This document shows, one piece after another, positions 11,350 to 21,320 of a stretch of DNA of 64,000 nucleotides. The DNA is from Nostoc sp. DedSLP01. Its GTDB lineage: Bacteria; Cyanobacteriota; Cyanobacteriia; Cyanobacteriales; Nostocaceae. The DNA lies in contig JAVRCJ020000003.1 of the NCBI GenBank assembly GCA_034530875.2, forward strand, positions 192,001 through 256,000, in the 5' to 3' direction. A model generated the notes under the pieces. It was not told the origin of the DNA. It was given only the letters and a program-made list of their open reading frames with translations, and ran no database searches. Each line of letters opens with the position of its first letter. Position 1 is the stretch's first letter. The position numbers were made by a program, and so were the translations under genes.

Positions 11350-11589
11350 ATGGCTAAATCTGATATTCACCCCAAGTGGTATCCAGATGCTAAAGTCTAC
11401 TGTAACGGTCAAGTTGTAATGACTGTTGGCTCTACTAAGCCAGAATTACACGTAGATGTTTGGTCTGGAAATCACCCATTTTACACTGGTACTCAGAAGA
11501 TTATCGACACCGAAGGTCGAGTTGAACGTTTCCTCCGCAAATACGGGATGTCCAGCGAACAAAGCTCCGGCACCAAAAAGAAAAAGTAG
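11350..11589 (+). CDS. rpmE: 50S ribosomal protein L31
   Basis: IHPKWY, HPFYTG, GRVERF. Confidence 0.96.
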   Translation: MAKSDIHPKWYPDAKVYCNGQVVMTVGSTKPELHVDVWSGNHPFYTGTQKIIDTEGRVERFLRKYGMSSEQSSGTKKKK

Positions 11590-11694
11590 CGGCTTGGCTC
11601 TGCTGTTAACGACGACCCTGCATTTTTCGGGGTCGATTGTCATTTATATGCTCGAGCCAATTTGTTATTTTTTTAAGGAGCGATCGCACTCGTC

Positions 11695-12792
11695 ATGGCT
11701 GAATCATACTTACTGGACAAACTAAAATCCGTTGAACAAACCTTTAATGAATTAACCCGTCGTCTTGGCGACCCCGATACCGCTAGCAACCCTGATGAAT
11801 ATCAACAAATTGCTAAGTCTCGTTCTTCTTTGGAAGAGGTAGTTAATACCTATGAAATTTGGAAAACAGCCCAACAAGACTTGATCGGAGCGCGTCAGGT
11901 ACTTAAAGAATCTGCAAGTGACCCAGAACTGCAAGAAATGGCAGCACTGGAAGTAGATGAACTTGAGGAAAAAATAGAATATTTAGAGACTCGTTTGAAA
12001 GTTTTATTGCTGCCTCGCGACCCCAATGATGAAAAGAATATCATGTTGGAAATTCGCGCTGGTACGGGTGGCGATGAGGCCAGTATTTGGGCTGGCGATT
12101 TGATGCGGATGTATACTCGCTACGCCCAAACTCAAGGTTGGAAAGTTTCCCTAGTGAGTGAATCTCTGGGAGAAATGGGCGGCTGGAAAGAAGTAATTCT
12201 AGAAATTAAAGGTGACGACGTTTACAGTCAGCTAAAGTTTGAAGCTGGAGTGCATCGCGTACAGCGGGTGCCGCTTACAGAAGCAGGCGGACGCGTTCAC
12301 ACTTCCACTGCTACGGTGGCAATTATGCCAGAGGTGGATGATGTAGAAATCCACATTGACCCGAAGGATATTGAAATGACCACGGCTCGTTCCGGTGGTG
12401 CTGGCGGACAAAACGTCAACAAGGTGGAAACAGCCGTTGACTTGATGCACAAACCAACGGGAATTCGTATTTTCTGTACCGAAGAACGCAGCCAGTTGCA
12501 AAACAAAGAACGGGCGATGCAAATTTTGCGGGCGAAGTTGTATGAAATGAAGTTACGCGAGCAACAAGAAGCTGTAACTTCCATGCGGCGATCGCAAGTT
12601 GGTACGGGATCGCGATCGGAAAAGATTCGCACCTACAATTATAAAGATAATCGCGTTACCGACCATCGTTTAGGTCAAAACTTTTCTCTTAACCCTGTCT
12701 TGGAAGGCGATTTAGAAACTATTATCCAATCTTGCATCTCCCAAGACCAACAGGAACGTCTAGCTGAATTGGCGACTGCTAGCGCCAATTAA
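11695..12792 (+). CDS. prfA: Peptide chain release factor 1
   Basis: GGQ motif, PLT (PxT) anticodon tripeptide, [11 protein letters not shown]. Confidence 0.97.
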   Translation: MAESYLLDKLKSVEQTFNELTRRLGDPDTASNPDEYQQIAKSRSSLEEVVNTYEIWKTAQQDLIGARQVLKESASDPELQEMAALEVDELEEKIEYLETRLKVLLLPRDPNDEKNIMLEIRAGTGGDEASIWAGDLMRMYTRYAQTQGWKVSLVSESLGEMGGWKEVILEIKGDDVYSQLKFEAGVHRVQRVPLTEAGGRVHTSTATVAIMPEVDDVEIHIDPKDIEMTTARSGGAGGQNVNKVETAVDLMHKPTGIRIFCTEERSQLQNKERAMQILRAKLYEMKLREQQEAVTSMRRSQVGTGSRSEKIRTYNYKDNRVTDHRLGQNFSLNPVLEGDLETIIQSCISQDQQERLAELATASAN

Positions 12793-12798
12793 TTTTTA

Positions 12799-13248
12799 CT
12801 AGTAAAATTTCTGAAAAACCGCTTGTTGTGTTGTTATTTTTAGCACAATCAGGTGGTTTTTTAATGCAGCTTGGAGTGCATCTTCCATTTTGCTGGGATA
12901 GTTATAATAAGCAAATTCGTACTTCATAACGTAATTTATCCTTGCCCATTCCTTCAAACTCTGGCAAGTATAAATTAATTTTTCTGCTTCTTGTTGCCAA
13001 CGCCGAAAAATCCGATAGCTGAAAAAGCTACTACACACGTTACCTGCTGTATCCAAGTAAGAAATACACACCTGATGCTTCAGACAGTGGATTTTCTTGA
13101 TTTGCTTAATTTCATAGCCTTTGGTTTGGAGAGCTTCTTTTACCTCACGGTTTGAAATTTGCCACTGTCCTGGTTTGAGCTTATTAGCGGCTATGAGATT
13201 TCGTCCTTTGCGACGATATTTTTTTATTTGGCGTGGCTTGCAAAACAT
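12799..13248 (-). CDS. Hypothetical protein, 149 aa
   Basis: ATG-initiated ORF divergent from the XRE gene; no recognised motif. Confidence 0.65.
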   Translation of the reverse strand: MFCKPRQIKKYRRKGRNLIAANKLKPGQWQISNREVKEALQTKGYEIKQIKKIHCLKHQVCISYLDTAGNVCSSFFSYRIFRRWQQEAEKLIYTCQSLKEWARINYVMKYEFAYYNYPSKMEDALQAALKNHLIVLKITTQQAVFQKFY

Positions 13249-13266
13249 GATGCACCTTTTGTATCA

Positions 13267-13282
13267 TTGGCACTAGTGCCAA
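13267..13282. promoter_or_regulatory. Perfect 16-bp palindrome, candidate operator
   Basis: TTGGCACTAGTGCCAA just upstream of the 149-aa ORF in a divergent promoter region. Confidence 0.45.
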
Positions 13283-13440
13283 ATAACCTAGCAACGTCCA
13301 TAATCCATAATTAAAATGAATGTTGCTTGTTTAAAAGCAAGATTTTAATTTACCATTAACAACAAAACTTGTAAATATAAAATTAAAATTTTAAGCTTTC
13401 TCACTAAACTAATAAATGCAGTTGACTAGCTACACAAGCA

Positions 13441-13803
13441 GTGAACATCGAAAGCAGAGAAAAACTGATTGAAATCATCAAACTAGCTCGTGGTTCCATG
13501 AGCCAGCGAGCTTTTGGCAAGCTTTTGGGAGTTTCTGCTACTGCTGTCCAGTTGTGGGAAAAGGGTGTGAATGTGCCAGACACCGAATATCTGGCAAAAA
13601 TCGCAGCGAGGGCGGGTTACACACTCCAAGAGTTACTTAGTTGCTTGGATGGCAAGCCAATACAAGAAACCTCAGATTTGAGTTTGATTCTCAGACAAAT
13701 ACAGCACATGCCTCTTAGTCAAGTGGCTCAAATTGTGCAAGCTGCGGCGGATAGGTTCGCTGCTGTGGCTGAAGCATCAGGCGATGAAGCAAAGGCCAGT
13801 TGA
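13441..13803 (+). CDS. XRE/Cro-family helix-turn-helix regulator
   Basis: MSQRAFGKLLGVSATAVQLWEKG fits an HTH_3 pattern. Confidence 0.9.
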   Translation: MNIESREKLIEIIKLARGSMSQRAFGKLLGVSATAVQLWEKGVNVPDTEYLAKIAARAGYTLQELLSCLDGKPIQETSDLSLILRQIQHMPLSQVAQIVQAAADRFAAVAEASGDEAKAS

Positions 13804-13878
13804 ATATTTGTTCAAAATTGAATTTAAATACTTAAATAAGCTCGTGGTTTGTTGGTGTCAAAATTCTTTTATATAGAT

Positions 13879-14337
13879 ATGGACAAACCTTGTTTGTATA
13901 ACGAAGACTTTTATGGCTGGACGCAGCAGCAGGCGAAAGCCTTAGAGCAGAGGCTAGTTACAGAACTCGACTGGCAACACCTGCAAGAGGAAATTCAAGC
14001 TTTGGGCAGACAGGAATATCGGGAACTTGTGAGCCGTTTGAGTGTATTACTCGGCCATCTCTTAAAGTGGGAATATCAACCCGAACAACGCTCCCGCAGT
14101 TGGTTTTTAACAATTCGAGAACAGCGTCGTGCCATCCACAGGCATTTGCGACAGAACCCTAGCTTAAAGTCTCGAATAGAAGAAGCTTTGTTAGATGGCT
14201 TTGAAGCAGGAGTAGATTTAGCGTTACGAGAAACGAACTTACCATTACGAACTTTTCCAGAGTCTTGCCCATATTTATTTGATGATGCGATCGCAGACAA
14301 TTTTCTGTGCGATACTCATCAAGACTGGGAAGGATAA
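13879..14337 (+). CDS. DUF29 family protein
   Basis: LYNEDFYGW, LDWQHLQEEI, HLLKWEYQP, NPSLK, FPESCPY; ATG at 13879 preferred. Confidence 0.9.
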   Translation: MDKPCLYNEDFYGWTQQQAKALEQRLVTELDWQHLQEEIQALGRQEYRELVSRLSVLLGHLLKWEYQPEQRSRSWFLTIREQRRAIHRHLRQNPSLKSRIEEALLDGFEAGVDLALRETNLPLRTFPESCPYLFDDAIADNFLCDTHQDWEG

Positions 14338-14389
14338 TTCCTGCAATTTTTCTTACGATCGTTTGTTATTTGGAGACACGTTATATTTG

Positions 14390-15127
14390 TCAATAAGTAA
14401 TAGAAATTAACCTGTCAAAATCTTGGTAATTAAAGCTTTGCTGCTTTTTAGCATATTTACCATATACGTCATAATACACATTGTTATCTTGAAATTTGAA
14501 GAAACACCCTGCTATAGGAAATTGCTCACCCTTAAGTCTAAAAATTATTATATTTAAAGCATATTTTCCATACTTTTTAGCAAGGTAATGAAAGTTATCA
14601 AAACTTCCATTTACAGCTTTTTCAAATTCTAGTAAATCGTTCTCTGTGCTATTAGCATTTTGTAAGATTAAAGGTGGTATATCTCCAAGGCTATTGAGAT
14701 ATTTACTAGTAAATACTACATCTTTTTTTATATACGTAATTATCTGATGATAATTATATAAAATACCAATTTCTGAGCAAGATTTTATTAAGTATCTTTC
14801 AATCTGCTTCTCGTGATTATGTAAGTTTTCTTCTTCTCGCTTTACTTCCACAATCATCAGGGGAGGGTAATATGGTTTAAAATCCTTATTTTTGATAGTT
14901 TTATATAATTCTATATCATGATTATTAGACTCAACTTTGATATCAATTACATTTGGAAATAAACCACTTTGATTTATCAAAAAGTAGAGAAATAATTGTC
15001 TAACTTTTTCTTCTGGTCTTCCATCAAGAATAATTTCTTTGCGCCTAAGTAAACATTTTGTATATTTTGTATAATTCCTTTTGTAGATATTTAGTTTTTT
15101 GGATATTTCTTCACTTAGGCTAGTCAT
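14390..15127 (-). CDS. HsdR N-terminal-like PD-(D/E)xK nuclease domain protein
   Basis: RPEEKVRQ, DI, VEVKR, QIERY, GILYN; no helicase domain. Confidence 0.75.
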   Translation of the reverse strand: MTSLSEEISKKLNIYKRNYTKYTKCLLRRKEIILDGRPEEKVRQLFLYFLINQSGLFPNVIDIKVESNNHDIELYKTIKNKDFKPYYPPLMIVEVKREEENLHNHEKQIERYLIKSCSEIGILYNYHQIITYIKKDVVFTSKYLNSLGDIPPLILQNANSTENDLLEFEKAVNGSFDNFHYLAKKYGKYALNIIIFRLKGEQFPIAGCFFKFQDNNVYYDVYGKYAKKQQSFNYQDFDRLISITY

Positions 15128-15225
15128 ATATCATAATATTTATTTAGTGGAAATATAATATTAGGGACACAATAAGATAGCATCCCTTTATAGTTACGAT
15201 GCAATTTAAAATCGCTAGATGTCTA

Positions 15226-17235
15226 TTATTGTCCAAAAAACTTTAGTATTTTAGTAACTAATTCTGCCCAATACTGTCCTGCTTTAATCTCTAAAAATGT
15301 ATTTAAGCTAGGCTCAGTTTCTAGTTCACGCTTCCAAGTCTGACATACGTTATCTCCATATTTTTCGCCTTTACGCTTTTCTCTACCCTTTTCATTAATT
15401 AGAGCCGTCCAGAATTCAGAATCTTTGCTTTGAGGTGATAGTTTTCTTCTAGCTTCGTGTTCGATTTCTACCCCTACTTCAGTGATAAAATCGTCATACA
15501 ATGAGTTAAATTTTATGACTAATTCAGGGATAAATGTCTTTAAAGATTCATTTGCAGATGTAAGCTCAGTGAGAATATTTTCTAATTCATTTTTTGCTTG
15601 TTTTGTAAATTTTTTCAACATTTCATCTTCATCTGTTCCTTCGGCAACAACCCTCATATCGTAATATACGTCTATATTCCTTGGCTCATAGTATCCGAAG
15701 TTTCTATGGATAGCGTGTTTAGTGTTCCATGCTCGATAAACGATACGATAGTATTCAACATATTTATCAATGAATTCTTGATAAACAAAACTAGGTACTC
15801 TTTTATTTAAATAGCGTAAATCCTTAATCTTATGAATGGCATTTTCAATTGCTTTAATTTCTGATGCTGTCAAAGCATCACCATTTTTTATCCTTGTAAA
15901 GCTTTCTTGGATATTCTTTATTTCGTCCAATAAAAGATTTCGTCTACGTTCTATTACACCCGCTATGGCTTTGATAAATTCATTTTTATCTGCTTGTACA
16001 TCTTCTTGACTGTAAATATCAGTATTGAGCTTGACTATATCATCACGGTAGTATCTCAAAGCATCATAGAACAAAATATTTTCTAGAAAAAATTCTAACT
16101 TTAAATTCCTGAATGTAGCTTGAATTTCTTTTTTTCTGATTTGAATTCCTGTATCATAATCTCCGTCACATTCATTCACTTTTTCAGGTTCATTTTTTTT
16201 AGGTAATACTAAAGTTACAAATCTGTGGTGAAAATCTTTGGATTTAGATGCAAGATGATAAACTATTAATTTACTAATATTAGCTTCAGGAGCAGCATTA
16301 AAGGGAGTTACAAAGAGACAGATAGTATCCTGATTCTCAATATATTTCTGTAAGTCTTTACGAATTGGATTTTCATCAAGTCCTTTAGTATCCACAACAG
16401 AATCGAACTGAGACAAGTTTGAGCCAGATAAAACATCATAGCTCACATAAAGATATATTTTTCTGGGGATAGCGAACTCTTGAAACTCAACATTATTAAC
16501 AGCGGCAAAAGTATTTTTTATCCATTCTTGTTCATTTCTTTTATTGTCAAATTCAATCTTATTCGTAGTTCTAGATTCTAGCCTTGCATTATTTAAAGCA
16601 AGCTTTTTAAATTCATCTAATCCTAATTTCTCAAATTCTTCCTGAGCTACATCTATTTCAGTTTTCTTTTTGTCACCCTCAGAAATTGTTTGATACCGTG
16701 ATTTCATCTCTATAATATTTCTAATCGCTCTTTCAACTTCTTTAGAAATAATTATCTTCTGATCTGGGTTAGGATTATCCTTATTGGCAATAGATTCGCA
16801 AAAATCAAAAATAAGATTTTCCATCTCATCTACTGCATAAGGCTCTATCTCTATATAAGTTTTTTCTGCGGCTTTGATAATTACTTCACATATAGTAGTT
16901 TTGCCTCCTCCAGTTGATAGCAACTCTTTGGTTTCGATTACATTTCGAGACTTATTAGCAATAGTTTTAGAAACATTGAAATCGCTTATCAAGTTAAAAA
17001 GATGGCAAATAGCTGTCGTCTTTCCTTGACCAATAGTACCTATAAAAGCAATTTTATATTTTTCTATACTAAGAATTTTTTCTATTTCATCTAATCTCTC
17101 TAACTTTGATTTCAGGTTATTTATACAAATATGATTAGGTATATTAATATCAGAACTACGTGAAATTTTATTTATTTGATTCTTCAAATCTTGTTTCAAG
17201 GATGCAATTTCTTCTTGCCAAGTTATGGTTAACAT
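15226..17235 (-). CDS. Dynamin-like P-loop GTPase with long helical C-terminus
   Basis: G1 GTIGQGKTT, G2-like GGKTTICE, G3 DTKG; AT-rich. Confidence 0.75.
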   Translation of the reverse strand: MLTITWQEEIASLKQDLKNQINKISRSSDINIPNHICINNLKSKLERLDEIEKILSIEKYKIAFIGTIGQGKTTAICHLFNLISDFNVSKTIANKSRNVIETKELLSTGGGKTTICEVIIKAAEKTYIEIEPYAVDEMENLIFDFCESIANKDNPNPDQKIIISKEVERAIRNIIEMKSRYQTISEGDKKKTEIDVAQEEFEKLGLDEFKKLALNNARLESRTTNKIEFDNKRNEQEWIKNTFAAVNNVEFQEFAIPRKIYLYVSYDVLSGSNLSQFDSVVDTKGLDENPIRKDLQKYIENQDTICLFVTPFNAAPEANISKLIVYHLASKSKDFHHRFVTLVLPKKNEPEKVNECDGDYDTGIQIRKKEIQATFRNLKLEFFLENILFYDALRYYRDDIVKLNTDIYSQEDVQADKNEFIKAIAGVIERRRNLLLDEIKNIQESFTRIKNGDALTASEIKAIENAIHKIKDLRYLNKRVPSFVYQEFIDKYVEYYRIVYRAWNTKHAIHRNFGYYEPRNIDVYYDMRVVAEGTDEDEMLKKFTKQAKNELENILTELTSANESLKTFIPELVIKFNSLYDDFITEVGVEIEHEARRKLSPQSKDSEFWTALINEKGREKRKGEKYGDNVCQTWKRELETEPSLNTFLEIKAGQYWAELVTKILKFFGQ

Positions 17236-17704
17236 ACTGTCTACTCCTTTTTGATGCTACTCACTTGATATTTAGAGTATGCCCAGTATAGTTAAATATC
17301 TAACGTAAGCTTAACAACACTACGTAATATAAATACATGATTACAGGTATTTAGGGATTAACAAGGCGATCGCTAATTTTGCTTGAATTATGTTTATTAG
17401 TATAAATACTTAAAAAATCTCAAGTGCAACTACATAAACCTAGCGCCATTTAACCCGGACTTACTTAGATATAGCTCCTGTGGATAAAGCTTTGCTCATC
17501 AGTTAGTGAGTTCGAGTTTTTGGCGCATATAGTACCAGCGATTAGCAAAAGTGAGATGCTTTCAAATAATCTCTACTGATGATGGGAAATTACACTTACT
17601 TTAACAATTGATGTTTTTAAATATATGACAAAAATCTAAGCACTGGCAGGTAATAAAAAATGGTTTTAAAATGGTGAAATCTTAAATAATTTAAAGGGGT
17701 ATCT

Positions 17705-18190
17705 ATGTCGCTACGTAATGAGCCTTTAGATTGGCAATTTGAAGTCAACAATGCTTATATACCAATATACCATCAAGGCAATTTAGTTGGATTTTTTAAA
17801 CAAGAGTATGCAAGTGAAATAATTACTTTTTTGAATGATGAAGAAGTTTTTAGAAAAGCACTTAAACTAGCTTGTACTGATTTAATAAAAAAAATGGGTG
17901 GTGACACGAATCAAGTAAATCATTTAATTCACAAATATGTAAAAAGTAGCGAACGTCCGAAATATGGAACTAGAGCGATCGCTCTTTTGCTGCGCGATCG
18001 GCAAAAGGAACTCGACCTGAGTAACCAAGAGTTTGCTAAATTCTGCGATACTTTTAAATTATCTCCCAGTGAACTGAATAATATTTATGCTGGTGAAGTA
18101 TTTGATGATAGTTTATTAGCACCACTTTCAAGGATATTAGGAATAGCAAAAGAACGCTTACTACAAGTGCGAGATGGTTCAGAAAAATAA
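17705..18190 (+). CDS. Hypothetical protein with possible C-terminal XRE-like HTH
   Basis: RBS AGGGG before ATG; LLRDRQKELDLSNQEFAKF...LSPSELNNIYAG. Confidence 0.6.
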   Translation: MSLRNEPLDWQFEVNNAYIPIYHQGNLVGFFKQEYASEIITFLNDEEVFRKALKLACTDLIKKMGGDTNQVNHLIHKYVKSSERPKYGTRAIALLLRDRQKELDLSNQEFAKFCDTFKLSPSELNNIYAGEVFDDSLLAPLSRILGIAKERLLQVRDGSEK

Positions 18191-18237
18191 AGTAACGTAT
18201 GAGTAGTAAACCCTAAGTTGATGAATGGTAAAAAATT

Positions 18238-19020
18238 ATGAAGACAGACAGTATTTTTTACCGTCTCTTTCAAGAATTTCCTAGTATCTTTTTTGAACTG
18301 ATTGGCAATCTGCCTGAAAAAGCTAGCCTTTATCAATTTTCATCAATTGAAATCAAACAAACGGCTTTCAAAATCGATGGTGTATTTTTTTCCACACAAG
18401 GGAATGAAAACCAGATTTATTTTGTTGAAGTAGAGTTTCAGCCTGATGCATAAATTTATTCACGGCTATTTGCGGAAATCTGTTTATACCTGCGTCAAAA
18501 CTAACCTCAAAATAACTGGAGTGCTGTGATTTTACACCCCAATAGAAGTGTAGATATAGGAAATATTAAGCATTATCGTGAATTCTTTGACAGTCAGCGA
18601 GTTAGACGAATTTATTTAGATGAATTAGGTGAAACTGCATCGCTTCCTATTGGCATTGCAACTGTTAAATTAGTAGTTGTAGCGGAAGATATAGCAATCC
18701 GAGAAGCAAGGGAATTGATAGACAGAACCAAGTCCGAAATCAACTCGCCACTGAAACAGCAGCAATTATTACAATTTATAGAAACTATTGTGGCTTACAA
18801 GTTTCCAACAATGAGTAGGGAGGATATGGAAAAAATCTTTGGTTTAAGCGAGTTAAAACAAACCAAATTTTATCAGGAAGCCTTTCAAGAAGGTATTCAA
18901 CAAGGTAAACTGCAAGCAGTACGACCCATGTTGGCAGCAGGTCTGACTGTAGAGTACATAGGACAAGCGTTAGATTTAAGTGTAGAAGAAGTTAGACAAG
19001 TAACACAAAGTCAGTCTTAA
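18238..19020 (+). pseudogene. Rpn/DUF2887-type recombination-promoting nuclease, disrupted
   Basis: MKTDSIFYRLF, IDGVF, FVEVEFQ; one frame with in-frame TAA at 18451 and 18502, continuing to ELKQTKFYQEAFQEG. Confidence 0.85.
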
Positions 19021-19175
19021 CAAGGATCCGGCAATTTTAATACCTCACTCCAGCCAAATTTGATTTCGAGTTGGAGAACTTTCTAGCGACAAATTTATAG
19101 TTAATTTTTGTTAATATTGGAAGCGGTGTTATTACTTCGTCTTCAATCACCCACTCCCTACCTGAGAGAAACTTA

Positions 19176-20870
19176 ATGCTGCGACTCGAACATATTAGTA
19201 AAATTTATCCTACAGGCGAAGTTCTCAAAGATATCAACTGGGAAGTTAAACCAGGCGATCGCATTGGCTTAGTCGGTGTCAACGGTGCTGGAAAATCCAC
19301 CCAACTCAAAATCATTACTGGGGAAACTGAACCTAGCTCAGGGGAAATCATTCGTCCTGCCAGCTTACACATAGCTTACCTCAACCAAGAGTTTGAAGTA
19401 GACCCTACACGCACCGTTAGAGAAGAATTTTGGACTGTTTTCAAAGAAGCTAACCAAGTACAATTATCTCTAGCGGAAGTACAACGCGACATGGAAACGG
19501 CTACTCCAGAGGAACTGGATAAGCTAATCAACAAATTGGATCGTTTACAGCGTCAATTTGAAGCTTTGGATGGTTATGGCTTAGACGCACGCATTGGGAA
19601 AATCTTACCAGAAATGGGATTTGGAGTAGAAGATAGCGATCGCCTTGTCAGCGCCTTTAGTGGCGGCTGGCAAATGCGGATGAGTTTGGGTAAAATTCTG
19701 TTGCAAAAACCAGACTTATTACTGCTAGACGAACCAACTAACCATCTGGATTTAGAAACCATTGAGTGGCTGGAAAATTACCTCAAGGGATTAATTACTC
19801 CGATGGTTATAGTCTCCCATGACCGGGAATTTCTTGACCGTCTTTGCACTCAAATTGTAGAAACTGAACGCGGTGTTTCTAATACTTACCTGGGCAATTA
19901 TTCCGCATATTTGCAACAGAAAGCTGAAAATGAATCTGCACAACTTAGTGCTTACGAACGCCAGCAAAAAGAATTAGAAAAACAACAAGTTTTTGTCGAT
20001 AGATTCCGTGCCAGTGCTACTCGTAGTACCCAGGCAAAAAGTCGAGAAAAGCAACTGGAAAAAATCGAGCGCATTGAAGCACCTGTAGCTGGAGTAAGAA
20101 CTTTACACTTCCGCTTTCCTCCTGCACCCCGCAGCGGACGCGAAGTCGTTAATATCAAAGATTTTGCTCATATCTATGATGATAAGATTTTGTTTTTGGG
20201 AGCGAATCTCTTAATTGAAAGAGGCGATCGCATTGCTTTTCTTGGCCCCAACGGCGCTGGAAAATCTACACTTCTGCGCTTAATTATGGGTATGGAATCA
20301 CCCACAGAAGGTACTATTCAATTAGGGGATCATAATGTTATTCCCGGTTACTTTGAGCAAAATCAAGCCGAAGCTTTGGATTTAAATAAAACAGTCATGG
20401 AGACAATCCATGATGAAGTTCCCGATTGGAAAAATGAAGAAGTCCGCACGCTTTTAGGACGATTTTTATTTAGTGGTGACACAGTATTTAAGGCAGTTGG
20501 GGCATTAAGTGGAGGAGAAAAAGCTCGTTTAGCATTAGCAAAAATGCTTTTACGCCCTGCCAACTTATTAATCTTGGATGAGCCTACAAATCACCTAGAT
20601 ATTCCAGCTAAAGAAATGCTGGAAGAAGCACTGCAAAATTATGATGGTACGGCAATTGTTGTATCCCATGACCGCTACTTTATCTCTCAAGTAGCCAACA
20701 AAATTGTCGAAATTCGTGATGGAGAATTCCGGGTTTATTTAGGAGATTATCATTACTATCTCAATAAAATTGCTGAAGAAAAAGAGCAAGCAAGGTTAGC
20801 TGCTATAGAAGCTGAAAAAGCTGCTAAGAAAGCTGCTAAAGCTGCTAAATCTGCGGCAAAACGAAAATAA
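19176..20870 (+). CDS. ABC-F family ATPase
   Basis: Two ABC domains (GVNGAGKST / GPNGAGKST, FSGGW / LSGGE, LDEPTNHLD twice), no TM. Confidence 0.95.
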   Translation: MLRLEHISKIYPTGEVLKDINWEVKPGDRIGLVGVNGAGKSTQLKIITGETEPSSGEIIRPASLHIAYLNQEFEVDPTRTVREEFWTVFKEANQVQLSLAEVQRDMETATPEELDKLINKLDRLQRQFEALDGYGLDARIGKILPEMGFGVEDSDRLVSAFSGGWQMRMSLGKILLQKPDLLLLDEPTNHLDLETIEWLENYLKGLITPMVIVSHDREFLDRLCTQIVETERGVSNTYLGNYSAYLQQKAENESAQLSAYERQQKELEKQQVFVDRFRASATRSTQAKSREKQLEKIERIEAPVAGVRTLHFRFPPAPRSGREVVNIKDFAHIYDDKILFLGANLLIERGDRIAFLGPNGAGKSTLLRLIMGMESPTEGTIQLGDHNVIPGYFEQNQAEALDLNKTVMETIHDEVPDWKNEEVRTLLGRFLFSGDTVFKAVGALSGGEKARLALAKMLLRPANLLILDEPTNHLDIPAKEMLEEALQNYDGTAIVVSHDRYFISQVANKIVEIRDGEFRVYLGDYHYYLNKIAEEKEQARLAAIEAEKAAKKAAKAAKSAAKRK

Positions 20871-21320
20871 AAAACTCGAAAATTCCGTACAGTGAAGTTC
20901 AACAGTTATTATTTGTCGATTATCTGACTTGGCTAACAGCCTCTTTGTTCTACAGTTACCAATCACCAGCTTTACTGATAACTGTTGACTCTTCACTAAT
21001 TTAAGTTTTTAATATACAGCTAATAGCTGTATATTAGATTAATGATGCTAAAGTTAATGCGCCTATGTCATTGGTCATTAGTAATTTTCAAATCACAAAA
21101 GACAAACTCACGAATTAGCAACTTAAATGGATGACACCTTACTAAGTAATCATTGATTATTCAAGATCGAAAACATCATCGAAAAATTACCAATATTTAA
21201 AAAATGTCTCAAAAAGCTGCAAGTAGTTCATAAAACAATTTAATAAGCAGAAATTCACTTGCGGCGGCGATTAGCAATGGTATCATTCGGGTATTACAAA
21301 AAGTAAAGGGCAATTTTACT

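Noticed and set aside
18451..18504. Stop-codon readthrough or recoding in the Rpn gene
   Set aside because: TAA is the normal stop of many genes here; simple nonsense mutation is sufficient.
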